DNA from: Candidatus Multivoradales bacterium
GTDB taxonomy: Bacteria > Acidobacteriota > Thermoanaerobaculia > Multivoradales > JAHEKO01
Assembly: GCA_965248055.1 (NCBI GenBank)
Contig: CBDFIJ010000004.1
Coordinates: 448,001-512,000 of the forward strand
Direction: 5' to 3'
Length of the DNA: 64,000 nt
Each line of letters opens with the position of its first letter. The stretch's first letter is position 1. The notes beneath the pieces were generated by a model. The model did not search any database and was not told the origin of the DNA. It saw nothing but the letters and a program-made list of their open reading frames with translations. Positions 1-9,333 of this stretch are shown here, in pieces. The position numbers were made by a program, and so were the translations under genes.

Positions 1-2
1 GG

Positions 3-773
3 GTGAGAAAAACTACAGTGAGCATTGATCGTGGAGCCACAAGTACGCTGGCATTATTTGATATCGACGGTACACTCACACAGACAACAGATATCGACGC
101 GAGTTGCTTCGCAAATGCGGCTAAGGGTCTGTTCCCGGATATCAAGTTCAGTAACGATTGGACAACCTATTCGGAAGTAACTGACGCGGGGATCGCCGCA
201 GAAGTGTTTCGACAGCGCCTAGGGCGAAACCCAACCGTCCGTGAATTGGGCAAATTTGAAGATCGCTTCGTCAAATGCTTGGAGGCTTGGATTGTAAAAC
301 GGCCACAAGTTTGCCAAGCCGTTGCTGGCGCGGTTGCATTGATCGACACACTCAAGGAATCGGACCTACCGATCGCCATTGGGACCGGCGGCTGGCTACG
401 AAGTGCTCGACTAAAATTGAGTACCGCTGGCATTCCGTGCGACGACATTCCGCTATCCACCTCGACGGACTCCCCAGTAAGAACCGAGATCATGTCGCTC
501 GCGGTCCAGCGGGCGGCAAACCGGACATCGTTTGACCGAGTGATACTCATCGGCGATGGATTGTGGGATCTCAATACCGCGAACAGCCTAGGCTACGGCT
601 TCATCGGAATCGACACAGAGCATGACGGCGTTCTGCGCAACGCCGGCGTAGAGGTCGTCTTTACTGACTTTCGAGATACACCTCGGTTCTTGAGAGCTCT
701 GTCTCAGCCGTTTTTAACTTACGCAGTTTCCGCTGTCTCAAGTATGCCGTGGTGGGGCCTTCTTAGAGTTTAA
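3..773 (+). CDS. HAD-superfamily hydrolase/phosphatase
   Basis: Motif I LFDIDGTL and motif IV IGDGLWD. Start lies at the window edge and is uncertain; 3' end overlaps the convergent gene by 11 nt. Confidence 0.85.
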   Translation: MRKTTVSIDRGATSTLALFDIDGTLTQTTDIDASCFANAAKGLFPDIKFSNDWTTYSEVTDAGIAAEVFRQRLGRNPTVRELGKFEDRFVKCLEAWIVKRPQVCQAVAGAVALIDTLKESDLPIAIGTGGWLRSARLKLSTAGIPCDDIPLSTSTDSPVRTEIMSLAVQRAANRTSFDRVILIGDGLWDLNTANSLGYGFIGIDTEHDGVLRNAGVEVVFTDFRDTPRFLRALSQPFLTYAVSAVSSMPWWGLLRV

Positions 774-2109
774 TCTGATACTTCTCGATCTTGGAACTCA
801 GGGTCTTGACGTCGACTCCTAGGATACGAGCTGCGGGTGCTTTCTTCCCCTTGGTGTGGCCCAGAATTCTCTCAATGTGAATCTTCTCGACGTCGGACAT
901 CGACGGCGGACTCCCCTCGCTCCAGTCGCTGCCGCCGGGACTTGCCGGTGAAGCGGGTTCGTCGGTCTGAGCTGGCCCAAGAAATTTCGGTGGCAAGTCA
1001 TCAACCATGATCTCTTGGCCAGGTGCCATCAAACATAGTCCTTCGATGGTGTTGGCCAGTTCTCGGACATTCCCAGGCCATGAATACGCGCACAATGCGC
1101 AAAGCCCAGCGGAAGACAAGGTGCGACCGGCGCCACCGTGGCGCGCCAGGAAGCTGTTGATCAGGGCCTTCAGATCTTCTTGCCGTTCGCGGATCGGCGG
1201 AATGGTCAGGGTGATGACCGCCAATCGAAACAGTAGGTCTTCGCGAAATCGCCTATCCTTAACTTCTTCATCCAACGACTTGTTGGTGGCGGCAACGAAT
1301 CGTACATTCACCCGCTCGGTCTTGGTTCCACCCACGCGGCGAAATTCTCCGGTGTCGAGTACGGTCAGCAGCTTGGCCTGCATCGCACTGCCCATGTCGC
1401 CGATTTCGTCGAGAAACAAGGTGCCACCGTCGGCGATCTCAAGCAGTCCATTCTTGCGCACCACGGCCCCGGTAAAGGCACCTTTTTCATGGCCGAAGAG
1501 CTCGCTCTCCAAGAGCGTCTCTTGCAAAGCACTGCAGTTGACCACTACAAAAGGTTGCTCTCGGCGAATACTCGAATCGTGAATCGCGCGTGCAAAAATG
1601 CTTTTGCCGACTCCGGTCTCGCCATTGAGCATCACCGACGCCGAGGACGAGGCAATGCGGGAGATTTTGCTCAACAGCTCCTGAATCGCTGGACTCTCTG
1701 CAATCAATCCGTTGCCGTCTCGACCGACAGTGGTAAACGGCTGCACCTCGGTTCCGTTGGCCCCGTCCCTAGCACTCTGCAGTACATCTGGAGAAAGGGG
1801 GCGGGTCACCGCACCCAATAGAGCGGTATCTTCCAAACCGTTCGGATCTCCCTCGCCGACCACCACCACTTCTTCCCCGCCCGCTGTGCCTCGTAGGACC
1901 CGCACCGAGCCGGTCCCGCCGTCGGCCTTGAAATCAGACACCAGGATCTGGAAATCGTGTTCCGCCAGCTGCTTGGCTAAATCAGTGGCGGCCTGAACGC
2001 TAACCATCACTCCGTCGGCACCGATCGGGCGATCCACCAGCCGACGCCGACCAGTCGAGCCAACTACGGTGACATGCAAAGAATGCTGAGATTGCTTATC
2101 TTCTTCCAT
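763..2109 (-). CDS. Sigma54-dependent transcriptional activator (AAA+ domain plus Fis-type HTH), atypical N-terminus
   Basis: Walker A GETGVGKS, ESELFGHEKGAFTGA, Walker B LFLDEIG, WPGNVREL, C-terminal AARILGV HTH. Confidence 0.95.
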   Translation of the reverse strand: MEEDKQSQHSLHVTVVGSTGRRRLVDRPIGADGVMVSVQAATDLAKQLAEHDFQILVSDFKADGGTGSVRVLRGTAGGEEVVVVGEGDPNGLEDTALLGAVTRPLSPDVLQSARDGANGTEVQPFTTVGRDGNGLIAESPAIQELLSKISRIASSSASVMLNGETGVGKSIFARAIHDSSIRREQPFVVVNCSALQETLLESELFGHEKGAFTGAVVRKNGLLEIADGGTLFLDEIGDMGSAMQAKLLTVLDTGEFRRVGGTKTERVNVRFVAATNKSLDEEVKDRRFREDLLFRLAVITLTIPPIRERQEDLKALINSFLARHGGAGRTLSSAGLCALCAYSWPGNVRELANTIEGLCLMAPGQEIMVDDLPPKFLGPAQTDEPASPASPGGSDWSEGSPPSMSDVEKIHIERILGHTKGKKAPAARILGVDVKTLSSKIEKYQIKL

Positions 2110-2211
2110 AGCGCTGACCTATTATAGGGTTATCTGGGTTCAGGTTCGTTGACCGAATCACCACCGGCAACGCCTAGCGTCCATAGAACCAAACCCAAGC
2201 AAAGTCTTTCA

Positions 2212-4155
2212 ATGCGTACTCCGTTCCAACCCTCGCTGCTGACCAAGATCGTTCTGGCGCTGCTTGCCGTGGGTCTGGTTCCCTTGGCCTGGATTACGGT
2301 GTCGTTGATCAACATCAACAGCAAAGCGATGAATAACCAAGTCCTGAGTTCGCATCTGGTCGCGGCGCAAAGTATCGCCCGCCGACTTGACGCGGAAGTC
2401 GAGCGATACCGAGTTTTGGCATCGGTTGTTGTGGATCACCCTCTAGTGACACAAATCGACGTCTACACGGCTGAGATCCTAACCGGTCTGCTGGTGGAGG
2501 ATTCCTCCATTGTCGCCCTCCGACTCTTGGACCCAGACAACAAACTGGTGGTCGCGGCAACCCAACCAGGGCAAGGAGAAATCGGTTCGTACTTTCCGGT
2601 GAGCCCGGAATCGGTCGCTTGGACGAACTTCGATGACAAGGACTGGTTGGCGATTGTCGTGACATCGCAAAGTGGTACGAAAATTCAGGTGGTCGCCGAC
2701 ACCGATGGTTTCGTTCAGGCGCTCGACCCCGCCGCACTGGGCGACCAAGCCAATGTCTCGATCATTGACCGGCGTGGAACCACCATCGTCGGCAAGAATT
2801 TCTTTGACGGAACCGCTCCGGGAGCGCTTGCTGAAGCAGCTTCTTCCTCCCGTCTATCGGGAGCTGGTGAATTCAAAAATCACAACCAGAGTTCAGTACT
2901 GGCCGCCTACGAATCGATGCGTAGTGCTCCGTGGTTAGTGATATCCAGTCAACCGGTCGCAGTGGCACGCTTGATTTCGCGCCAGATGTGGCAACGCGCG
3001 TGGCTCTTCGGTGGTGCCGCGCTATTGCTGGTGGCCGGAATCTCGGCACTTGCCTATCAACGCTTGGTGCGTCCGATACGCGTGCTGTCTCAACTGCAAG
3101 CACAGATTGCCGGACTCAAGGTTCTGGGTTCGGGCGATGAACTGAACAGTTTGCGCGAGTCGGTCGACAGTTTGCGTGACCGCGCCCGCAATCAACAGGA
3201 GCTCAGTGAAGTTTTTGTTGGCCGCTATCAAGTGATCGAGGTGATTGGTCGAGGCGCAGCCGGCTGGGTGTTTCGTGGCTGGGATCCGGTGCTCAAGCGG
3301 CCGGTGGCGCTCAAGACCGTTCATTTCAACCGAGGCAACCAGGGCTCCACCGAGCGCCTGCTGGCTGAAGCAATTACCGTGGCTCGGTTCAACCATCCCA
3401 ATATTGTGGCGCTTTTTGATGTCATCCACGGCGATGACACCGTTTTCTTGGCAATGGAGCACATTGAAGGAGTGACTGGCTCGGAGATACTCGGGACAAA
3501 GCAACGAAAGCTCAAAGCGCCGGAGATTGTGGCCATTGCAACAGCCGTTGCCGGCGCCCTTTCCGCCGCTCACCGTGAGGGAGTCATCCATCGAGATATC
3601 AAACCCGGTAATCTGCTGTTTGGTTTTGACGATTCGATCAAAGTTACCGACTTTGGCATCGCCACTGCAAAGAGCGTCAAGGAAGGTGCCGCGGTCTACG
3701 GAACCCCAGGCTATGTCGCGCCAGAAATCATTCGAGCCGAGACCGCAGGGCCAGCCTCGGATTTGTTCTCATTTGGAGTACTTCTCTATCTAGCGGCGAC
3801 TGGGGAGAAACCTTTTAGCGGCACTACCGTAGATGAAATATTGCACAACACTCTGGCCGGAGAGGTCATTCCTCCCAAGCTACTCAGTCCGATCCCCGCA
3901 GCCTTGAGCCAAATTATTGAATGTCTTCTAGAAAAAGATACAATTCGTCGATATCAATCCGCTGACCAAGTTGCCAAGGATCTGCGGGATTTGGAGGAGG
4001 CAACAGGGATCGAGTGGGACCTATCCAAGCAACTGGATAGCAAGAGTTTTTCCGATGCGCGTGCTTATTCAAACGATCCTGTTGTTTCAAACGACCCTGC
4101 AGGTTCTCGGCCTGTTGAGCGCCCCGATCTTGGCTCAGGCGGTAGAGAGTCCTAA
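2212..4155 (+). CDS. Membrane Ser/Thr protein kinase with periplasmic Cache-like sensor and HAMP-like linker
   Basis: Two TM segments flanking a ~250-aa periplasmic region ending in PWLVISSQP. Kinase motifs GRGAAG, VALK, HRDIKPGN, DFG, GTPGYVAPE. ATG 2212 chosen over TTG 2149. Confidence 0.9.
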   Translation: MRTPFQPSLLTKIVLALLAVGLVPLAWITVSLININSKAMNNQVLSSHLVAAQSIARRLDAEVERYRVLASVVVDHPLVTQIDVYTAEILTGLLVEDSSIVALRLLDPDNKLVVAATQPGQGEIGSYFPVSPESVAWTNFDDKDWLAIVVTSQSGTKIQVVADTDGFVQALDPAALGDQANVSIIDRRGTTIVGKNFFDGTAPGALAEAASSSRLSGAGEFKNHNQSSVLAAYESMRSAPWLVISSQPVAVARLISRQMWQRAWLFGGAALLLVAGISALAYQRLVRPIRVLSQLQAQIAGLKVLGSGDELNSLRESVDSLRDRARNQQELSEVFVGRYQVIEVIGRGAAGWVFRGWDPVLKRPVALKTVHFNRGNQGSTERLLAEAITVARFNHPNIVALFDVIHGDDTVFLAMEHIEGVTGSEILGTKQRKLKAPEIVAIATAVAGALSAAHREGVIHRDIKPGNLLFGFDDSIKVTDFGIATAKSVKEGAAVYGTPGYVAPEIIRAETAGPASDLFSFGVLLYLAATGEKPFSGTTVDEILHNTLAGEVIPPKLLSPIPAALSQIIECLLEKDTIRRYQSADQVAKDLRDLEEATGIEWDLSKQLDSKSFSDARAYSNDPVVSNDPAGSRPVERPDLGSGGRES

Positions 4156-5446
4156 CTGTGCTCCTTCCCAACACTTCGTCGCACCCGGCGCGCCGTTGCA
4201 ATTTGACGTCGGAGAGGGGCGACTTCTTTCCGCTTGGCAGGGCGAAGTGCTCCACGCCAGCAACAGCGATCTGATTGCTCCGCAGGATGGCATCTCATTT
4301 CTCGCCGTCGCGAGTGTTGATCGAGACGGTATTCGCTCCGAAGTTTGCTGGCATCAAATCATCGTCGATACCCAACCACCCGAAGTGACCGCCGTATTTG
4401 ATCCGCTGTCGGTACAAGACAACCAAGGAAAATCCTGGCTAAAACCGGGCGCCGAGTTGGTGGTCCATACCGCCGATCTGGTGAGCGGAGATCCGCATGT
4501 TCAATTGCTTTCTGGGGGAACCGTTCTCGCTGAAGGCACAACTACGCTGCGCCGTACGCTCCCTGCAACCGGCAAGATGGACTTGGAACTAGTGGCTCAC
4601 GATCGGGTAGGAAACCAAGCCCGATTGCGATTGGATCCAGTGGAAATCGACGCTATCCAACCGACCTTGTCCTGGGCCTGGAATGGATATTCCGAGCAAC
4701 GACCCGAGGGGTGGGTGGTCGGACCAAACACCACTCTCAACCTCGTTGCCAACGACGATCAAAGTGGATTGCGAGATCGCGACACGGCACCCGAAGATCC
4801 ACCCTGGTCTTTCACCGATGGACCCGCAGAACAATCGTTCGCAATCACTCGCATGGACCGCGTGGACAACCAGGCGACGCTTGAGACCGGCCCGATCTTG
4901 GTTGACCGTATCCCGCCAAGGGTCTCCAGCACCATTTTGGGCGATTGGGTTGCAGGCGAGGACGGCGATCGGTTTTATGCTGAACCCGTGTCGATCGAGG
5001 TCGCAGCAATCGACAACCTTTCAGGAACGGTATCGGTGCAATTTCTTGACGACGACGGCTCCTGGAAAACGGTGGTGGACTTGGTGGAAGGCGTCAACCA
5101 GTCAGCGCAGATCCAAGCGCGCGATGCTGCGGGCAATCAATCGAGTCATCGGGTCCGCTGGCGCACCGATCGCACTCCTCCTGAGTTGAACATGCTGTGC
5201 AACGAACAGCTGGTCAGTGTGGAAGCAAGGATCGTCACCGGATCGGCTTGCCAGGTTGGGGTGACCGACCCCGGAGGGGTGGGAGTGGAGCGTTGGTCAT
5301 GGTCTCGCACCGGGATCAACGTCCCCCACACCGAGCCACGCATACGTCTTCCCAATCGGGGCAGATTCCACATCGTGGCCAACGCGGTGGATCGCCTAGG
5401 CAACCAGACGGTCAAGGATTGGATCTTGATCGTGGAGGCGCCATGA
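4055..5446 (+). CDS. Secreted protein with tandem Ig-like repeats (D..PP / D..SG / D..GN units)
   Basis: Signal peptide from ATG 4055 (MRVLIQ...PILAQA). Repeats DTQPP/DRIPP/DRTPP, DLVSG/DDQSG/DNLSG, DRVGN/DAAGN/DRLGN. Confidence 0.75.
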   Translation: MRVLIQTILLFQTTLQVLGLLSAPILAQAVESPNCAPSQHFVAPGAPLQFDVGEGRLLSAWQGEVLHASNSDLIAPQDGISFLAVASVDRDGIRSEVCWHQIIVDTQPPEVTAVFDPLSVQDNQGKSWLKPGAELVVHTADLVSGDPHVQLLSGGTVLAEGTTTLRRTLPATGKMDLELVAHDRVGNQARLRLDPVEIDAIQPTLSWAWNGYSEQRPEGWVVGPNTTLNLVANDDQSGLRDRDTAPEDPPWSFTDGPAEQSFAITRMDRVDNQATLETGPILVDRIPPRVSSTILGDWVAGEDGDRFYAEPVSIEVAAIDNLSGTVSVQFLDDDGSWKTVVDLVEGVNQSAQIQARDAAGNQSSHRVRWRTDRTPPELNMLCNEQLVSVEARIVTGSACQVGVTDPGGVGVERWSWSRTGINVPHTEPRIRLPNRGRFHIVANAVDRLGNQTVKDWILIVEAP

Positions 5447-6837
5447 ATCGGCTTCTCGGCTATGCACTAGTCGCGTTCCTGGCACCGCAACTGTTGTTCG
5501 GCCAACCCTCGGACGGACCCCGTACCGGGGACATCACCGGTTGGCACGTGGTGCGCCCAGGAGACACGCTGCAAAAAATCACTGAGGAGTACTTGGGGAC
5601 ACCTCATTTATGGACAGAAAATTTCCGATTGAATCCAGATGTTAAGAACGCCCATTTGTTGCGCATCGGTCAGCGGTTGCGGGTTATCTTGCATCGCGAA
5701 TTGCCACCCCGAACCGCACAGTTGACCCGGGTACACAATCAAGTCGAAGAGTTGCCGGTCCCCAACCCTTGGCAACCGGCTCAAATCGGAGACTTACTGA
5801 AAGAAGAGGATGGAGTCCGGACTCTGGGCAACGGTTCAGCCGAATTGGAATTTGACGACGGCGTCCGGGTGACTCTGAATGAAAACTCCCTGGTCTATCT
5901 GCGACGTATCGATCAAACGTTGCGTACCGGCAAACGGGAATCGATCGAAATCGTTCACGGCCAAGCGGACCTAGCAGCGGTCGCCCAAAATCGATCTGAC
6001 CTGAGTGAAATTGAGATCGTGATGGGGGATGCTGTGAATCGACCACGGCCGGACGACTTGGGCCGCGCGGAGACGCGAGCCCGCTTGGAAGACTCTGGAG
6101 CTGCGCTGATGGTCTACTCTGGGACCGGGGAACTGACCAGTGGAGACCAAGTAATCGAAGTGCCAGCTGGGCTCGGGACGCGGGTTTCAGAAGACGGTTC
6201 GGTGGCGGCACCCACCGAGCTACTGGCAGCACCCTCCCAGCAGAATCCAGCCTCTGGGTCGGTGTTGCCCTATGCCAACCCAGAATTTCATTGGGATTCG
6301 GTCGCCGATGCCGATCACTACCTGTTGGAAATCTGCGCAGACTCCGATTGTGGCACCATCATGACGGTTGCCGAATCTGACCAGACGACCACCGAACTTC
6401 AAGTTCCCACAGGGACTTGGCACTGGCGTGTGCGGGCCATCGATTCAAACGGGCTGGATGGCTTCGCCACTTCGACCCGCAGCCTAGAAATCACTGACGC
6501 TCGACCGGACCGGGTCGCCCCGGCAATTGCCGTCGTCGCCGGTGGCGCCAACGAATCGGCGGACACGCTGCGAGTCGTCAGTGGCGAATCCTTCACGTTG
6601 AGTGCTATCGATGATGTCTCAGGGTTGCAAAATATTCACTATCGATGGAATGAATCCGAGTGGCGATCCATCAGCCCACAGGCCGTCGCCGTGACCGAGA
6701 TCAAACCGCCCGGCCTTGGACAGCACCGCTTGGAGATCGAGGCACAAGATATTCGCGGTAGAAGCAGTCACACCGAGGTTACGGTTTCGGTAGTCGCCGA
6801 ACGCCCGTCCCCCCCAGTCTTTATCTCTGACAGCTAG
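5443..6837 (+). CDS. Secreted LysM + FecR + FN3/Ig-like domain protein
   Basis: ATGA overlap with the upstream stop, GGAGG RBS, signal peptide. LysM HVVRPGDTL...IGQRL; FecR GDLL..EDGVRT...AELEFDDG..V.L.ENS; FN3-like WHWRVRAID. Confidence 0.85.
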   Translation: MNRLLGYALVAFLAPQLLFGQPSDGPRTGDITGWHVVRPGDTLQKITEEYLGTPHLWTENFRLNPDVKNAHLLRIGQRLRVILHRELPPRTAQLTRVHNQVEELPVPNPWQPAQIGDLLKEEDGVRTLGNGSAELEFDDGVRVTLNENSLVYLRRIDQTLRTGKRESIEIVHGQADLAAVAQNRSDLSEIEIVMGDAVNRPRPDDLGRAETRARLEDSGAALMVYSGTGELTSGDQVIEVPAGLGTRVSEDGSVAAPTELLAAPSQQNPASGSVLPYANPEFHWDSVADADHYLLEICADSDCGTIMTVAESDQTTTELQVPTGTWHWRVRAIDSNGLDGFATSTRSLEITDARPDRVAPAIAVVAGGANESADTLRVVSGESFTLSAIDDVSGLQNIHYRWNESEWRSISPQAVAVTEIKPPGLGQHRLEIEAQDIRGRSSHTEVTVSVVAERPSPPVFISDS

Positions 6838-6843
6838 AGTCTT

Positions 6844-6890
6844 TCGAACCCGGAATCGAAAACCAGGATCGAAAACGGTTCGATACCAGC
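6844..6890. repeat. Degenerate tandem repeat of ~11-13-nt TCGA-led units between convergent genes
   Basis: tcgaacccggaa / tcgaaaaccagga / tcgaaaacggt / tcgataccagc. Confidence 0.55.
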
Positions 6891-6906
6891 GTTCACCAGT
6901 GCTTGG

Positions 6907-7617
6907 CTAGAGAGCGACGCGGGCTGCTACCAGTCGCGAGAACTGTTGCGCCAAAGCTGGGGCTGGGCCGTCATCGTGCTTGAGAAAAGCGTAGAGCTGG
7001 CTGGCCCCTGTCCCAGCGGCCAAAGTCGCCCAGCGCTCCAGCTCACGGTCATCGTAGCCAGTGGCCCGCAGGCGAAAATAGGCGAAATCTGCGGTAGTCG
7101 GGATGGTGTCCCATTGGGTGTTGCCATAGTCGGCTATGCATAACGCCGCTCCCACCCGCTCCAGGGCGTCATAAGTCGCCTTCTGAAGCCAATCCTGATG
7201 GCGAAACTCGAAAGCGCAGTGGGTATCGGCGGGTAAGTCGTCGAGAAAGGTGGTCAACCGGGCCAGGTCAAATCCGAAGTTGGGGGGCAGTTGGAACAGG
7301 ATCGGGCCGAGGTGCAGCCCCAACGATTTCGAACTGCTGATCAGAAACTCCGCCTCCTCTCGGCAATTCTTGAGCTTCTTGAAGTGGGTGATCTTGCGGC
7401 TCGCCTTCAGGGCAAATTCGAACCCTGTGCCAACCTGGGAGCTCCATTTTTCCAGCAGCTCCGGATTGGGCATCCGGTAGAAGGTGTTGTTGATTTCAAC
7501 CGCTGGAAGATGCTCGGCGTAATGAGCCAGCATACGGTTCGGCGCCAGTTTTTCGGGATAAAAGCCGCCCTTCCACTGCTTGTAGGAAAAACCACTGGTA
7601 CCGACGGAAAGCTTCAT
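6907..7617 (-). CDS. DUF72 (YecE-like) family protein
   Basis: VGTSGFSY..W.G.FYP, VEINNTFY, KASRKITH, LFQLPP, FEFRH. Confidence 0.92.
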   Translation of the reverse strand: MKLSVGTSGFSYKQWKGGFYPEKLAPNRMLAHYAEHLPAVEINNTFYRMPNPELLEKWSSQVGTGFEFALKASRKITHFKKLKNCREEAEFLISSSKSLGLHLGPILFQLPPNFGFDLARLTTFLDDLPADTHCAFEFRHQDWLQKATYDALERVGAALCIADYGNTQWDTIPTTADFAYFRLRATGYDDRELERWATLAAGTGASQLYAFLKHDDGPAPALAQQFSRLVAARVAL

Positions 7618-7660
7618 TTTGATCTACCTCAAGTTCTTGGCTCGTCGACTCTCTTGCCCG

Positions 7661-8443
7661 TCACTCACTTTCCGCCGAGCCAGAACCGCCGACCCGCGGA
7701 CCGTACAGCCTCAGAGTGTTGTCCAGCAGGACCTCACGCACACGCTCAATCGGCAGATCTTTGATCTCCGCGATTACCACCAACGAGATCTTGACGCTGG
7801 CCGGTTCATTGCGCTGTTCGGGATCCACTCCAAGAACCGGGCTGTCGGTCTCCAACAACAGATTCTCCAGCGGCACCCGTTGTACCAGCTTTTGTTTTTG
7901 TCGAGAACGCACGATTGACGGCGGCACCGAGAAAAAGTATCCCGCCTCCACCGCCGGATCCGCCTTGGCCGCGCGACCATCGAACGCATGAAGTTGTACC
8001 TGGGTGGCTCCCCATTCGATCAGGCACTCGACGGTTGGCGCGGCGGCCGCTCGTGAGTGAACATTGACCGGCACCTCGAGATCCTTCGCCAGATCGACAA
8101 AACGGCGGAATATCTGCCGTTGTAGCTCCCTATCTTCCGGGTCCTGCACCTTCCAATAATCGAGCCCGACCTCGCCCACCGCGACCCAGCGCTCGGCACA
8201 GCCGCGCATCCACTCTTCTAGCTCGATCGCTTGCGCTTCATCCAGATAAGTAGGGAACAAACCGGCAGCGGGAAAGATCCAATCGGAGTATTGGTCCGCC
8301 AGAGCGAGATTGACCTTGGCGTCCTCCAGCGTTTCGCCGACCGCAATCACCGCCTTAACGCCAGCGTCGACCCCCCGTTCAACAACCTGTGCCAGGTCGT
8401 CAGAGAAACCAGCGTCGGATAAATGGGCGTGGGTGTCGATCAT
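7661..8443 (-). CDS. tatD: TatD family deoxyribonuclease
   Basis: IDTHAH, VGEVGLDY, VHSR, LLETDSP, RNEP. Confidence 0.92.
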   Translation of the reverse strand: MIDTHAHLSDAGFSDDLAQVVERGVDAGVKAVIAVGETLEDAKVNLALADQYSDWIFPAAGLFPTYLDEAQAIELEEWMRGCAERWVAVGEVGLDYWKVQDPEDRELQRQIFRRFVDLAKDLEVPVNVHSRAAAAPTVECLIEWGATQVQLHAFDGRAAKADPAVEAGYFFSVPPSIVRSRQKQKLVQRVPLENLLLETDSPVLGVDPEQRNEPASVKISLVVIAEIKDLPIERVREVLLDNTLRLYGPRVGGSGSAESE

Positions 8444-8486
8444 CGTCCTAGCCTATTCCACCTCGGAGGCGCCAAAGGCCCCAAAA

Positions 8487-9221
8487 TTAGTTCATTTGGA
8501 AGTTGATGGTAAAGATGAAGTAGACAGCAACTGGCTTTCCGTTGCGCAAGGCTGGCTCGTAACGCCAGGTCTTGACGGTGTCTACCGCCGACTGGTCGAG
8601 ACCAAAAGGCAGGCCTTTGAGCACTTTGACATCCCGAACATTGCCTTCTTCGTCAACCACCGTCTCCAGGATTACCACCCCTTCAACGCCGGCCCGCCGA
8701 GCATCCTCAGTAAACCGAGGCTGTGGCCTGAATATGCCGACGGGAGCGCTCACCCCACCGCCAACCGAAACCGCGCCCTGTCGGCTGTAACCCGGAGGGG
8801 CATCGGGAATGCCGAACGCGGCGTCTACGTCAGCCAACACGTCCTCGGTATCCACTTCGACTTCCAGTTCAGTAATCGGTTCGGGATCATCCGGCGTCGG
8901 ATCGGGAATCGGAATCACCCTCTTCCGTTCGCTTCGCTTGGGTTTGGTCTGGGTTTGCGCCGGTGGCGGCGGATTAAACCGCACCGGTTGCACCACCATG
9001 TGAATCCGTTCGGGGCCGGGACTCACAGGGATCGGTTTCTTCGCCGGCAAGACAACAAAGAACAGGAGGGCATGAAACACCACCGCTGCGGCCGCTCCCC
9101 ACCACAGAGGACGGTTCGACTCCGGTTGATCCAAAATAAACTGCGGCAGTCCGCCACCCGCGTGGATCTTGGTGTCTGCCTCACCCATCAGGCGTCCGGC
9201 GAGTGATTTACTTTCAAACAT
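8487..9221 (-). CDS. TonB-family energy transducer
   Basis: TM helix with His (VVFHALL), Pro-rich linker, TonB_C-like P.F...ARRAGVEG.V...VDEEG.V; WRYEPA..NGKPV. Confidence 0.88.
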   Translation of the reverse strand: MFESKSLAGRLMGEADTKIHAGGGLPQFILDQPESNRPLWWGAAAAVVFHALLFFVVLPAKKPIPVSPGPERIHMVVQPVRFNPPPPAQTQTKPKRSERKRVIPIPDPTPDDPEPITELEVEVDTEDVLADVDAAFGIPDAPPGYSRQGAVSVGGGVSAPVGIFRPQPRFTEDARRAGVEGVVILETVVDEEGNVRDVKVLKGLPFGLDQSAVDTVKTWRYEPALRNGKPVAVYFIFTINFQMN

Positions 9222-9333
9222 GGTTAATGTGTGCCGCTTATTGTCTCAAATCGTGGAGAGCTCAGCCGAGCAACTCTGCTTCAAATACGGCGAACTCGGG
9301 GCACAAGGTTGCATGCTTGTTAGGATCCGATCC

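Noticed and set aside
2164-2180. Sigma54 promoter candidate before the kinase operon
   Set aside because: GG-N9-GC spacing and poor consensus.
8310-9206. 298-aa + strand ORF
   Set aside because: Antisense shadow of the TonB and tatD genes; no motifs.
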